DNA from: a virus
Direction: 5' to 3' (one strand)
IMG/VR virus record: IMGVR_UViG_3300044820_000144
Location: 51,592-115,591 of that record
Length of the DNA: 64,000 nucleotides
Both the position numbers and the translations under genes were made by a program. The stretch's first letter is position 1; every line of letters starts with the position of its first letter. The notes below the pieces were generated by a model. The model did not search any database. It saw only the letters and a program-made list of their open reading frames with translations, and was not told the origin of the DNA. Below are positions 1-9,094 of the stretch, in pieces.

Positions 1-90
1 GACCAGGACTCCTACGACGCCGGCCTGGTGACGGGCGCGAAGTTCCTGCTGAAGCTGGCCGACCAGATCGAGGCCGGGGTGGGCCGGTGA
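1..90 (+). CDS. Partial hypothetical protein (3' end)
   Basis: Open frame DQDSYDAG...EAGVGR* whose TGA overlaps the GTG of the next gene (GTGA). Confidence 0.6.
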   Translation, partial: DQDSYDAGLVTGAKFLLKLADQIEAGVGR

Positions 91-323
91 GCATCGGGGA
101 CGCCCACCTGGTCCACTGCGACTTCTGCGCCACCACCGCCTGGTTCGACGCCACCATCTGGGCACCCCAGGAGGGCCTGGTCTACCTCACCCGCTCCCGC
201 GGCTGGACCAGCTACGGCGACATCAGCCACTGCGGGGACTGCCCGCCCCTGTGCCCCCGCTGCGGGGCCGTCTACGACGGCAACGCAGGCGTCTGCCCGG
301 ACTGCACCCATGGTCAGGGCTGA
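87..323 (+). CDS. Small Cys-rich (CxxC x4) zinc-binding hypothetical protein
   Basis: CDFC, CGDC, CPRC, CPDC motifs; coupled to neighbours. Confidence 0.7.
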   Translation: MSIGDAHLVHCDFCATTAWFDATIWAPQEGLVYLTRSRGWTSYGDISHCGDCPPLCPRCGAVYDGNAGVCPDCTHGQG

Positions 324-870
324 CCTCGAAGCCGCCAAGCGCCTCTACCCCAGCTGCGCGATGGGGGTGGACGACTGGGTGGCGTTTTTCAACAGCCCCG
401 CCGGGCTCGGCGCCATGGGGAAGATCCTCTACGACATCTACGACGAGGTCCGCTCAGCCGAGGAACGCAACGCCGGCCTGCGCCGCATCGGCCGTCGCCC
501 AGGGCGGTCCGCCGTCCCGCTCGACGAGGTCATGAACGTCGTCCTGCCGCAGGAGTTCACCAACGACCCGCTGACGGTGTCCCTGGCCCGCCTCATCGCC
601 GGCCGCTCCCAACGCCAGTTCGCCCGGCGGGTCCCCATCACCCAGTCCCACCTGTGCCGGCTCCTGTCGGGGGAGCGAACCCCGAACCTGCAGCTGCTCG
701 AATGCCTCGCCCAGGCGGCCGGAGTCCAACCCTGGTACTTCCCCGAATGGCGGGCCGCGTACATCGCCGCGCTGCTGTCCGAAGTGCTCGTGGAGTCCCC
801 GCACCTGTCGATCACCGCCCTGCGGGCCATGCGCGACGGACGCCGAGGGATCCCCGCGCCACGCCGCTGA
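310..870 (+). CDS. XRE-type helix-turn-helix protein
   Basis: RSQRQFARRVPITQSHLCRLLSGERTPNLQLLECLAQA fits HTH_XRE pattern. Confidence 0.75.
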   Translation: MVRADLEAAKRLYPSCAMGVDDWVAFFNSPAGLGAMGKILYDIYDEVRSAEERNAGLRRIGRRPGRSAVPLDEVMNVVLPQEFTNDPLTVSLARLIAGRSQRQFARRVPITQSHLCRLLSGERTPNLQLLECLAQAAGVQPWYFPEWRAAYIAALLSEVLVESPHLSITALRAMRDGRRGIPAPRR

Positions 871-940
871 CTGCTCTCGCGCGCACCACGTTCCGATGCG
901 ACGTCACGCATCACGCACGCATTCCCCACGGAGGTGGACC

Positions 941-3607
941 TTGGTAGCCCTTGTCGAGCCGGACGAGGAGGAAAGATACCTGCTGGCGATCCTCGATTCC
1001 CCGGACGGGATCGACCTCGCCGAATTCGTCATCCACGACGCCCGCAACGCCGACGGCTGCTACCGGTTGTACGACTACCAGTGGCCGTGGTTCGCGAACC
1101 GGGAAGTCCTGCAGATCGAGCAGGGCGGGCGTAACACAGGTAAAACTGAGTCAGTTAAGTTGAGAAGTATCGCGTTCCCGTTCTACCACCCCGGCAAGGG
1201 CATGCTCCTGACCGCGCCCGAGCTGAACCACCTGCGCCCCCTCACCGACGAGGTCGAGCGGATGCTGCTGTCCACCCGGATCGTGCGCGAGATGATGCCC
1301 GGCGGGAAGAGCGCCGGCATCGCCCGCCAACCCCACTGGCAGGTCCGGTTCAAGAACGGCGCGACCATCGTGTCCCGTCTGCCGAACAAGGACGGCAAGG
1401 GCGTCAAGGGTTGTATCGCTGCAAATACGCTGGTTATGACCCGTCGCGGCCACATTCCTGTGCAGGAGGTCGTCGTCGGCGACCAGGTCCTTACCCACAA
1501 GACCCGCTGGCGGCCGGTCACTGCGACGTTCGCGTTCGACGGCGGGGAAGGCCTGCAGGTGAAGGGATCCGGTCACCGCGGGCTCGTCGTCTCCGACTCG
1601 CACGCCTTCTACGGACGACGCAACTCCAACCCGCAGCGCACCCGCAATCTCTCGGACCCGATGTGGGTCGACGCCGTCAGCCCCGAGCTGACCCGCTGGT
1701 ACTGGGCCACCCCCACCTCGTTGCCCGACGACAAGGACGGCGATGCCCCTCGGGTGGACGTGGCCCTCGCGGGCGCCTACGTCGCCGACGGACACATCGC
1801 TCGACGCGGCGACAAGCCGGAACGCCTGGTCTTCACCGACTCGTGGGACGACCTTGCGCGATTGGCCTCAATGGCCCGAATGGGGGGCTACAACCCAGGG
1901 CTGTACCCGCACCCGGACCACCCCAAGACGACCGGCCACCTGGAGATCTGCTCCCGCGAGCTGGCCGCCTGGGTCCTGGAGCACTTCGGCGAGCACGCGG
2001 ACGCGAAGCATCTGCCCGTGTGGCTGCTCGGCGCACCCGAGATGCTGCGGCGGGACTTCTGGGACGCCTACTGCGCCGGTGACGGCCACTGGGAACCGGC
2101 GCGTCAACGCTGGACCGTCAGCACCGCGAGCCGGCGCCTGGCCTGCGACCTGAAGCTCCTGGCGGCCGGTCTCGGCTACGACACCGGCCTGTCCTGGGTC
2201 GACCCGAAGGTCACGCAGATCGCCGGCCGCGAGCTGAAGGCCCCCGCGAAGAGGTCCTACCGTGTCACCGCCGTCCGTCGTGGCCACAAGATCGTCGATG
2301 ACGGGCATGCCTGGGGGAAGATCTCGTCGGTCACCCGGGTCGAGGTCCCGAGCTTCCACGACCTGGCCGTCGAGGAGGACCACTCCTACGTCGCCGAGGG
2401 CGTCGTCCAGCACAACCAGCACGTCGTGAACCTGGAGCTGGACGAGGCGCAGGACTACCCGCCCGCCGGGTGGAAGGAAGTCGTCGAGACCCTGAACCGC
2501 GGAGACCCCGACGCCATGTGGCGCTGCCACGGCGTCAGCAGGGGAGTGCGGGACTCGTTCTTCGACAAGTCCCAGCCGGGCTCGGGGTGGAAGGTCCACC
2601 GCCCGATGGCGATGAACCGGCCCTCCTGGGCGAAGGAGGAAAGGGACTCCAAGATCGTCGAGTACGGCGGGTCCCGGCAGGCCGTGGATTACCGCCGCAA
2701 CATCTACGGCGAGCACGGCGACGCCGCGAACTCCGTCTTCGTCCTGGCCAAGCTGATGGCCACCGTGGACCTGGACGAAGGGTCGATCTACAACACCGAC
2801 GTCTACTCCTGCACGAAGATCGAATACGAGCGGTTCCCGGCCGGTGCGACCGACGACGAGCGCGCCGCCATGATGCACGGCTGGATCCAGATCCCCGGCG
2901 AACACTTCACCGGCTACTCCCAGCGCATCGTCAACCGCGAGGTCGGGTCCCCGCGCGGCTACACCGCCTACTGGGGCGGCATGGACGTCGGCGTCACCAA
3001 CCACCCCAGCGAGATCCTCATCTTCGGCCAGCGGACCGGCACCGAGTTCCTGGAGCTGCTCACCCGCGTGCAGATGCACCGCATCAACACCGACGACCAG
3101 CTGCTCGTGGTCCAGCGGATGTTCGAGATCTACGGCGAAAAATTGCGCTTCGGGATTGACAAGACCGGCGTCGGGTTCCCGCTGTGGGACCAGCTGACCC
3201 GCCGGTCCTTCGGCGACCGGGTCTACGGGTTCGGCTTCAGCGAGAAGCGGGTCGTCGCCATCGAGGACCGCGACCTGGAAGCCGGGGAGACGATGAAGGA
3301 CCTGGCGAAGATGCGGAACATGGTCGAGGCGTCCACCGACTGGCTGCGCAACGACTACGTGGACGCCAAGAAGTTCCGCCTGCCCTACGACCGTGAGGTC
3401 CTCATCGAGTTCCAGGGGCAGACGTACACCGTCATGCGCGACACCGGCGACCCCTACGGCATGCGCCGACAGTTCGCCGGCGGCAGCTTCCACACCCTGG
3501 ACGCCGCGAAGGTCGCCGTCGCGACCAAGCACATCCCGCCGCTGGAGGCCCTCCTGGATGCCAAGCCGGCCCAGGGACAGGTCTTCGACGTGTTCATGGG
3601 CGCGTGA
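941..3607 (+). CDS. terL: Terminase large subunit, intein-containing
   Basis: GGAGG then TTG at 941; Walker A GGRNTGKT, Walker B LELDEAQD, nuclease motifs GMDVG, IDKTGVG, HTLDA. Confidence 0.92.
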   Translation: MVALVEPDEEERYLLAILDSPDGIDLAEFVIHDARNADGCYRLYDYQWPWFANREVLQIEQGGRNTGKTESVKLRSIAFPFYHPGKGMLLTAPELNHLRPLTDEVERMLLSTRIVREMMPGGKSAGIARQPHWQVRFKNGATIVSRLPNKDGKGVKGCIAANTLVMTRRGHIPVQEVVVGDQVLTHKTRWRPVTATFAFDGGEGLQVKGSGHRGLVVSDSHAFYGRRNSNPQRTRNLSDPMWVDAVSPELTRWYWATPTSLPDDKDGDAPRVDVALAGAYVADGHIARRGDKPERLVFTDSWDDLARLASMARMGGYNPGLYPHPDHPKTTGHLEICSRELAAWVLEHFGEHADAKHLPVWLLGAPEMLRRDFWDAYCAGDGHWEPARQRWTVSTASRRLACDLKLLAAGLGYDTGLSWVDPKVTQIAGRELKAPAKRSYRVTAVRRGHKIVDDGHAWGKISSVTRVEVPSFHDLAVEEDHSYVAEGVVQHNQHVVNLELDEAQDYPPAGWKEVVETLNRGDPDAMWRCHGVSRGVRDSFFDKSQPGSGWKVHRPMAMNRPSWAKEERDSKIVEYGGSRQAVDYRRNIYGEHGDAANSVFVLAKLMATVDLDEGSIYNTDVYSCTKIEYERFPAGATDDERAAMMHGWIQIPGEHFTGYSQRIVNREVGSPRGYTAYWGGMDVGVTNHPSEILIFGQRTGTEFLELLTRVQMHRINTDDQLLVVQRMFEIYGEKLRFGIDKTGVGFPLWDQLTRRSFGDRVYGFGFSEKRVVAIEDRDLEAGETMKDLAKMRNMVEASTDWLRNDYVDAKKFRLPYDREVLIEFQGQTYTVMRDTGDPYGMRRQFAGGSFHTLDAAKVAVATKHIPPLEALLDAKPAQGQVFDVFMGA
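1412..2416 (+). mobile_element. Intein (335 aa) with LAGLIDADG homing endonuclease
   Basis: Block A CIAANTLVMTRRGHIPVQEV; LAGAYVADG and FWDAYCAGDG endonuclease motifs; block F/G FHDLAVEEDHSYVAEGVVQHN. Confidence 0.93.
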
Positions 3608-3614
3608 CGCTACG

Positions 3615-3905
3615 TCAGGCGCCGTCGGGCCTGGAGTTGATCAGCGTGGTCAGCAGGCCGGTGATGGCGGCGATGCCGCTCTTGATCTCGGCCAGGTCGT
3701 TCGTGTGCCCGGCCACCACGGCGGCCAGGTCATCGATCTTGCGGTTGTGCTCGCTCTGAGTGATCGCCAAGGCCTGCAGGGACAGGCTCATCGCTCGCTG
3801 GGCCTGCTCGATCGACCCCAGGTCGCGGTCCTGGGCCGCCCGCAGTCCGACCTGCTCGCGCAGCAGGCGCTCAAGGTCGGCGACGCGCTGCTCAAGGGTG
3901 CTCAT
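3615..3905 (-). CDS. Small coiled-coil protein, antisense moron (96 aa)
   Basis: MSTLEQRVADLERLLREQ... heptads; TGG-CACGAT 6 nt upstream of ATG suggests leaderless promoter. Confidence 0.7.
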   Translation of the reverse strand: MSTLEQRVADLERLLREQVGLRAAQDRDLGSIEQAQRAMSLSLQALAITQSEHNRKIDDLAAVVAGHTNDLAEIKSGIAAITGLLTTLINSRPDGA

Positions 3906-3950
3906 GGCCGCATCGTGCCACACCGGCTCGGTCGCTGCGCCGCATTCCTT

Positions 3951-3973
3951 GGTTCCTCCACCCAGAACGCCGA
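3951..3973 (+). promoter_or_regulatory. Candidate late promoter GGTT-N14-GCCGA
   Basis: One of a repeated bipartite motif family in intergenic gaps of the virion region. Confidence 0.55.
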
Positions 3974-3999
3974 ATCCCGAAGCAGAACGGAGCAGACAC

Positions 4000-4368
4000 A
4001 TGCAGTTCGAGGTGGAAGGCACCCAGGACGCCGGCTATGTCGACGGACTGGTGCCCGAAGTCGCGGCAGAGCTGGCATGGGGAGCCCTTGTCAGCCGCCA
4101 GGCCGTCGAGGAAGAGATCGACCTCATGCTCCGCACCGTCCGCGGCTTCTGGCAGTTCGAGCCCGACGCCGTCGCCAAGCTGATCCAGGCGATGAGCGCC
4201 CGGTGCACCGAGTTGTGCGTCCACCTGCACCGCCTCGAAGGCCGCAGGGAGTGGAAACAGGTGCGCACCCAGCAGGTCGAACGGCTCCTGGCGGAACTGG
4301 ACCGGCAGTGGAAGCTCGCCAGCCGTCTGATTGCTGTCCGGCAACAGGACATCGATCTCTCACGATGA
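4000..4368 (+). CDS. Hypothetical helical protein upstream of portal
   Basis: ATG at 4000 after GGAG; phage-like codon usage. Confidence 0.75.
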   Translation: MQFEVEGTQDAGYVDGLVPEVAAELAWGALVSRQAVEEEIDLMLRTVRGFWQFEPDAVAKLIQAMSARCTELCVHLHRLEGRREWKQVRTQQVERLLAELDRQWKLASRLIAVRQQDIDLSR

Positions 4369-4378
4369 GAGGCCGTCC

Positions 4379-6187
4379 GTGTTCGAAGTCGAAGCCACCT
4401 CCGAGCTGACCCTGCCCGACGGGCGACCGCTCGGCCTGATGAACACCACCAGCATCGGCAACGGGGAAATCGCCGGCGACCCGGAGGTCCAGCGACTCGC
4501 CCGCGAAATCAGCCGCTGGGTCGACCTGTCCCGCAACAGCCCCACCGCCCACGGCGGCATGTTCGACCGGCAGGCGTACACCCCGCCCAACAACCCGTAC
4601 GACCAGATCCGCACCGCCAAGATGGCGCTGATCGAAGACGACGTCGTCGGCACCGTCGCCGAAGCCACCGAAGCCATCGCCTTCCGGGGCGGCCTGAAGT
4701 GGGAAGCGCCCGACCCCGACGACGCCGACGTGTTCAACCAGATGGCCGCCGACCTGAACCTCGACGACCAGATCCGCACCATGTGGCGCGAGGCGTTCGC
4801 GACCGACCAGTTCGTGTGCGCGAAGCTGTGGGGCTGGAGCGAGTACACCGTCCGCGGGAAGACCACCAAGGGCAACCAGCGGAAGAAGAAGTACCGGATC
4901 TGGTGCCCCCAGCGTCTGGTCATGCTGAACAGCGAGCACGTCGTCCCCCTGGGCATCGGGCCGCTGCGCACCGACCGGCTGGCGTGGAACGCCAACCCCG
5001 CCGACATCGTCAACTTCGACGCCGCCAGCCGCGGCGACATCATCGACCCGCTCATGGTCCAGTTCTTCAAGGGCCTCTACACCCCGTCCGACCCCGAGCG
5101 GACCGAGTTCCAGCAGTGGCACATCTACGGTGACCGGCTCCTGGAGATGGACCCCGCCTGGGTGTTCCGCCACTGCCACACCAAGCCCGACTACCTGAAG
5201 TTCCCCGACCTGCGGTTGCGGTCGGTGTTCCCGCTGCTGGATCTGAAGCGGCAGCTGCGCGCCAGCGACCGGGCCGCCCTCATCGGCGCCGCGAACTACA
5301 TCCTGCTCATCCGCAAGGGCGACAAGGAGACCCCGGCCACCCAGGACGAGGTGAACCACCTCAAGCAGAATTACAACTTCCTGGCCAAGCTCCCGGTCAT
5401 CATCACCGACCATCGCCTCACGATTGACGTGATCGCTCCGAAGCTCGACTTCGTCCTCAAGCCCGAGGCGTACGACGTCCTGGACCAGAAGATCCTCACC
5501 CGGACCCTGTCGGCGTTCCTGCCACCCAAGGTCCGCACCCTGGACGCCCCGTCCTGGAACGACGTGATCTGCAACTCGGTCCAGTCCCGCCGCCACATGA
5601 TCGCCCGGACGCTGGAGCAGGAGATCGCCCGCGCCGTCGTCAACCACCCCAAGAACGCCGGCGTCTTCGCCCCCGGCGGACGGCCCTCCCTGGTCTTCAC
5701 CCCCCGCACCGTGTCCGTCGGCACCGACGACGCCACCATGCAGGCCCTGCTGGCCCTGCGCACCCAGCGTGAAGTCAGCCGCGACACCATCCTCGAACAC
5801 CTCGGCCTGGACGAAGCGACCGAAGCCCAGCGCATGGAGCTGGAAGACGAGCTGTACGACGACATCTTCAAGACCCAGATCCCGTTCGCCTCCCCCGGCA
5901 TGGGCGGTGTCGCCAACGGCGGCGCAGGGCAGGGCCAGACCCCCAACGGCCGCAACGACAGCCCCGGCGCCCCCGGCGCCTCAGCCACCGTCAAGCCCGC
6001 CGCGAAGAAGGCCGCCCCGGCCGCACCGGCCAAGAAGACCGCCACCCCCAACGGCACCCCCGAGGCACCCAAGGTGTCCGGCGGACGCGGGGGACGCCCC
6101 GTCGGCGGCGGATCGAGCGCCAAATCGCCTGCGGCGACGGCACGGCCGAAGACCAGCAACGGCAACCCGTCGACGAAGGAGAGGTAA
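4379..6187 (+). CDS. Portal protein (low-complexity Pro/Ala/Lys C-terminal tail)
   Basis: Size (~600 aa), position after terminase and before protease/scaffold, helical portal-like composition. Confidence 0.8.
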   Translation: MFEVEATSELTLPDGRPLGLMNTTSIGNGEIAGDPEVQRLAREISRWVDLSRNSPTAHGGMFDRQAYTPPNNPYDQIRTAKMALIEDDVVGTVAEATEAIAFRGGLKWEAPDPDDADVFNQMAADLNLDDQIRTMWREAFATDQFVCAKLWGWSEYTVRGKTTKGNQRKKKYRIWCPQRLVMLNSEHVVPLGIGPLRTDRLAWNANPADIVNFDAASRGDIIDPLMVQFFKGLYTPSDPERTEFQQWHIYGDRLLEMDPAWVFRHCHTKPDYLKFPDLRLRSVFPLLDLKRQLRASDRAALIGAANYILLIRKGDKETPATQDEVNHLKQNYNFLAKLPVIITDHRLTIDVIAPKLDFVLKPEAYDVLDQKILTRTLSAFLPPKVRTLDAPSWNDVICNSVQSRRHMIARTLEQEIARAVVNHPKNAGVFAPGGRPSLVFTPRTVSVGTDDATMQALLALRTQREVSRDTILEHLGLDEATEAQRMELEDELYDDIFKTQIPFASPGMGGVANGGAGQGQTPNGRNDSPGAPGASATVKPAAKKAAPAAPAKKTATPNGTPEAPKVSGGRGGRPVGGGSSAKSPAATARPKTSNGNPSTKER

Positions 6188-8073
6188 TGGTGAGCCTGGA
6201 CCGCGAGCGGCTCCTGCAGACCTACGCGCCCCGGCTCGCCGCCAGGGTCCAGACGCAGGGTGCCGTGGACTACCTGGCGTCGCTCGGCTACGACCCGGAT
6301 CAGGCCGCTGCCGCCCTCGACCGGCTCACGGCTGCGCGTGACGCGGTCAACGCCGTCATCCCCGACCTGCCCCGCACCGGGACCAGCGCCGGCGACGCCG
6401 TCAGCCTCCTGACCGACATGGTGCAGCAGATCAACGACAGGGACGAGCAGGACGAACAGGAGGAGAAGGACGACGACCAGCCCACCGGGGTCATGGTCGC
6501 CTTCTACCCCGACCCCGAGACCGCCGCCGCCCTGGCCCTGTCCGACGCCGACTGCGAGATGGCCCGGGACATGCCCGGCGGGACCGCGACGACGCCCAAG
6601 GGCATCCCGATGCGCTCACGGCCCATGCTGATGCCCAAGGCCGGCGTCACCATGGGCGAGCCCGTCGACCCCGGCGACGACCCGGTCGGCGGTCACGAGG
6701 ACGGCCCCGAGGAGAAGGACGACCAGGGCGGCGTGGACGCCGAGGACGCCGACGAGCTGCACCTCACCCTGGTCTTCCTCGGCACGGCCGGCGCCGACGT
6801 CCCCGAGTCGCTGCTGCCCACGCTGCTGTCCACCGTGAAGGGCTGGGCCGCGACCACCCCACCGATCACCGGGTACACCTCCGGGATCGGCGTCTTCGCC
6901 AACCCCGGCGAGACCGTCACCTACGCCAGCGTCGACTGCCCCGCCCTGCCCGCCGCCCGGCAGGAGCTGGTCCGCCTGCTGACCGGCGAGGGCCTGCCCG
7001 TCTCGGCGACCCACGGGTTCACCCCGCACATCACCCTGGCCTACGGCGACGCCCGCGACGCCGAGGTCTCCCGGCTGCCGCTGGTCTTCTCCACCGTCTC
7101 CGTGGTGTACGCCGGGCAGCGCACGGACTTCCCGATGGGCCCGGCCCCCGCCGTCACCGGCCCGCCCCAGGTCGACGACGTCGCCGAACGCGCCCGGGTG
7201 GTCGAGCGGGTGGTCGAACGGGTGGACGAGTGGACCATTCCGACCCTGACCGCCGCCGGAGCGAGCGTCACGGTCCCGGCCGAGCCCTGGCACGCCGTGG
7301 TCACCGACATCGGGGGCCGCACCTTCCTCACCGCCCCCGCCACCACCTCCACCGTCGGCCCCGAGCTGGCCGCGTGGGCCGGCGCCCCGAACCCGAACAA
7401 ACACATGCTGTGGATGCAGGGCCGGTTCGTCGGCGGGGACCGGCCCAACAAGAACGGCGCCCTCTGGTCGTCCGCCGACCTGGAGATGGGCAAGGCGACC
7501 GTCAGCCACGGGCCGCTGAACTGGCTGCACGAGGATCGGCACGTCATCGGCACCATCGCCGACGCCAAGTTCGTCCCCGCCCCCGGCGGCGGCGGCCTGC
7601 AGGTCGCGATGGACGGGATGGGCGGCGCCCCGGCCTGCCAGGACCCGCACATCGCCGCCCTGTCGGTGATCTGGCGGTGGATCTACCCCGACGAGGCGTC
7701 CATCGTGCAGATGGCCTCCGACGCCCAGGTGCTCGCCTACTCGATGGAATGCATCTCCGAGGCCATCCAGTGCGTAGGCGACAGCGGCTGTCAGCAGACC
7801 TACTCCTACCTGGAGTACGCCCGCGGTCAGGCGTGCGACCACCTGCAGCAGCGCGCCTCGGTCCGGCGACTGGTCAACCCGACATTCCTCGGCGGCGCCG
7901 TCATCGTCCCCCCGACCCGTCCCGGGTGGGCCGAAGCCGACGCCACCGTGCTGAAGCAGGCCGCCGCCATGGCCGAGAAGGCGTACGAACAGGCCGGGCG
8001 TCCCGACATCCCCGCCGCCACGTGGGACCAGATGATGGCCGGAGTGCTGACGTTCGCTCAGGGCGCCCAGTGA
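6187..8073 (+). CDS. Fusion of 2H phosphoesterase (2'-5' RNA ligase/Acb1-like) and putative capsid maturation protease
   Basis: HLT (6760) and HIT (7027) 2H motifs; C-terminal NWLH...AYSMEC...FLGGAVI protease-like region; position between portal and scaffold. Confidence 0.75.
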   Translation: MVSLDRERLLQTYAPRLAARVQTQGAVDYLASLGYDPDQAAAALDRLTAARDAVNAVIPDLPRTGTSAGDAVSLLTDMVQQINDRDEQDEQEEKDDDQPTGVMVAFYPDPETAAALALSDADCEMARDMPGGTATTPKGIPMRSRPMLMPKAGVTMGEPVDPGDDPVGGHEDGPEEKDDQGGVDAEDADELHLTLVFLGTAGADVPESLLPTLLSTVKGWAATTPPITGYTSGIGVFANPGETVTYASVDCPALPAARQELVRLLTGEGLPVSATHGFTPHITLAYGDARDAEVSRLPLVFSTVSVVYAGQRTDFPMGPAPAVTGPPQVDDVAERARVVERVVERVDEWTIPTLTAAGASVTVPAEPWHAVVTDIGGRTFLTAPATTSTVGPELAAWAGAPNPNKHMLWMQGRFVGGDRPNKNGALWSSADLEMGKATVSHGPLNWLHEDRHVIGTIADAKFVPAPGGGGLQVAMDGMGGAPACQDPHIAALSVIWRWIYPDEASIVQMASDAQVLAYSMECISEAIQCVGDSGCQQTYSYLEYARGQACDHLQQRASVRRLVNPTFLGGAVIVPPTRPGWAEADATVLKQAAAMAEKAYEQAGRPDIPAATWDQMMAGVLTFAQGAQ

Positions 8074-8261
8074 AACTGCAGGTCGAGGTCGACCAGATCG
8101 TCGCGAACATCACCTTCGACGGCGCCTGGACCCCCGAACTGCTCGCCACGCTGCTGCGCCATTGTGGCGACGAGGTCGTGCGGGTATGCCAGGCCCTGGA
8201 CGACGAGGAGCCGGCAGAGACCGGCGAGACCACCGGCCCGGACGCCTCCACCCCCGAATGA
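8070..8261 (+). CDS. Small acidic hypothetical protein
   Basis: GTGA overlap with upstream stop; MKLQVEVDQIVANITF... Confidence 0.6.
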   Translation: MKLQVEVDQIVANITFDGAWTPELLATLLRHCGDEVVRVCQALDDEEPAETGETTGPDASTPE

Positions 8262-8351
8262 CCGCCCGCGGCGGGCCACACCCGATTCAGGTGGCCCGCC
8301 GCTGAGGCATTTGTTCATTCCGCCGCGCCCGCCATCGATGCCCTCAACGCG

Positions 8352-9077
8352 ATGTCGGTTAACGCGAGCGTTCAGACGGCACACGACGCGCTCCTGGCCA
8401 TGCCAGAAGTCAGCGCCGCTGGTCACACATGCGCGCTCTGCACCGCCGGCACTCACGCCAGAGTGAAGGAAGGAGCCAGCGTGTCCGACACGGCACCCGC
8501 GAACGTCTACACGGAGGCTCAGCACTTCGCGCTTCTGGAGTCGGCGGTGGAGCGGGAGACCGCGAAGCTGTCCGAGGCGAAGGAGACCCTCGAAACGCAG
8601 CTGGGGACGCTGGAGAGCGAGAAGGCCGCACTGGCCGACGAACTCGCCGGCACCAAGTCCCGGCTCGACGTTGCCGAGGCCGAGAAGGCTGCCGCCGAGG
8701 CTCGCGCCGACGCCGCCGCCAAGGAACTCGCGGACTTCAAGGCGGAACTGGCCCGTGCGGCCGAGGTCGCCGAGAAGCGGACCGCTCGCATCGAGCGAGT
8801 CAAGGCCGCGAACTCCTCGCTCGGTGAGGACTACTTCACCACAGAGCGCGCCCAGCGCTGGGCCGAGATGAGCGACGAGGGCTTCGAGGCCCTTGTCGCC
8901 GACCTGATCGAGGCGGCTGCTGCCGCCAAGCCGGCGGACTCGACCGACACCACGTCGGCCACCGAGCTGGCCCGCGAGAGCGCTGCTTTCGCCGGCGGCC
9001 AGACCGCCACGTCCATCCAGGGCGAGACCGCCCTGGCCCAGCTCCTCGGCGCCCGGCGCCGGGGTTCGGCTGCCTGA
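8352..9077 (+). CDS. Capsid scaffolding protein
   Basis: Long Ala/Glu/Lys coiled coil directly upstream of decoration and capsid genes. Confidence 0.8.
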   Translation: MSVNASVQTAHDALLAMPEVSAAGHTCALCTAGTHARVKEGASVSDTAPANVYTEAQHFALLESAVERETAKLSEAKETLETQLGTLESEKAALADELAGTKSRLDVAEAEKAAAEARADAAAKELADFKAELARAAEVAEKRTARIERVKAANSSLGEDYFTTERAQRWAEMSDEGFEALVADLIEAAAAAKPADSTDTTSATELARESAAFAGGQTATSIQGETALAQLLGARRRGSAA

Positions 9078-9094
9078 AGGGAGGGCAACGAAAC

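Noticed and set aside
896-940. Track start of terL at 896 (similarly extended starts for portal 4331, capsid 9562, major tail 31850)
   Set aside because: Better RBS-linked or coupled starts lie downstream (941, 4379, 9622, 31919)
1868-3532. Long minus-strand ORFs opposite real genes (also 4124-5800, 27595-29181 beyond its last 64 codons, 37995-41909, 43362-46229, 52896-54818)
   Set aside because: Shadow ORFs expected in ~70% GC DNA; they mirror well-supported plus-strand genes and have no motifs
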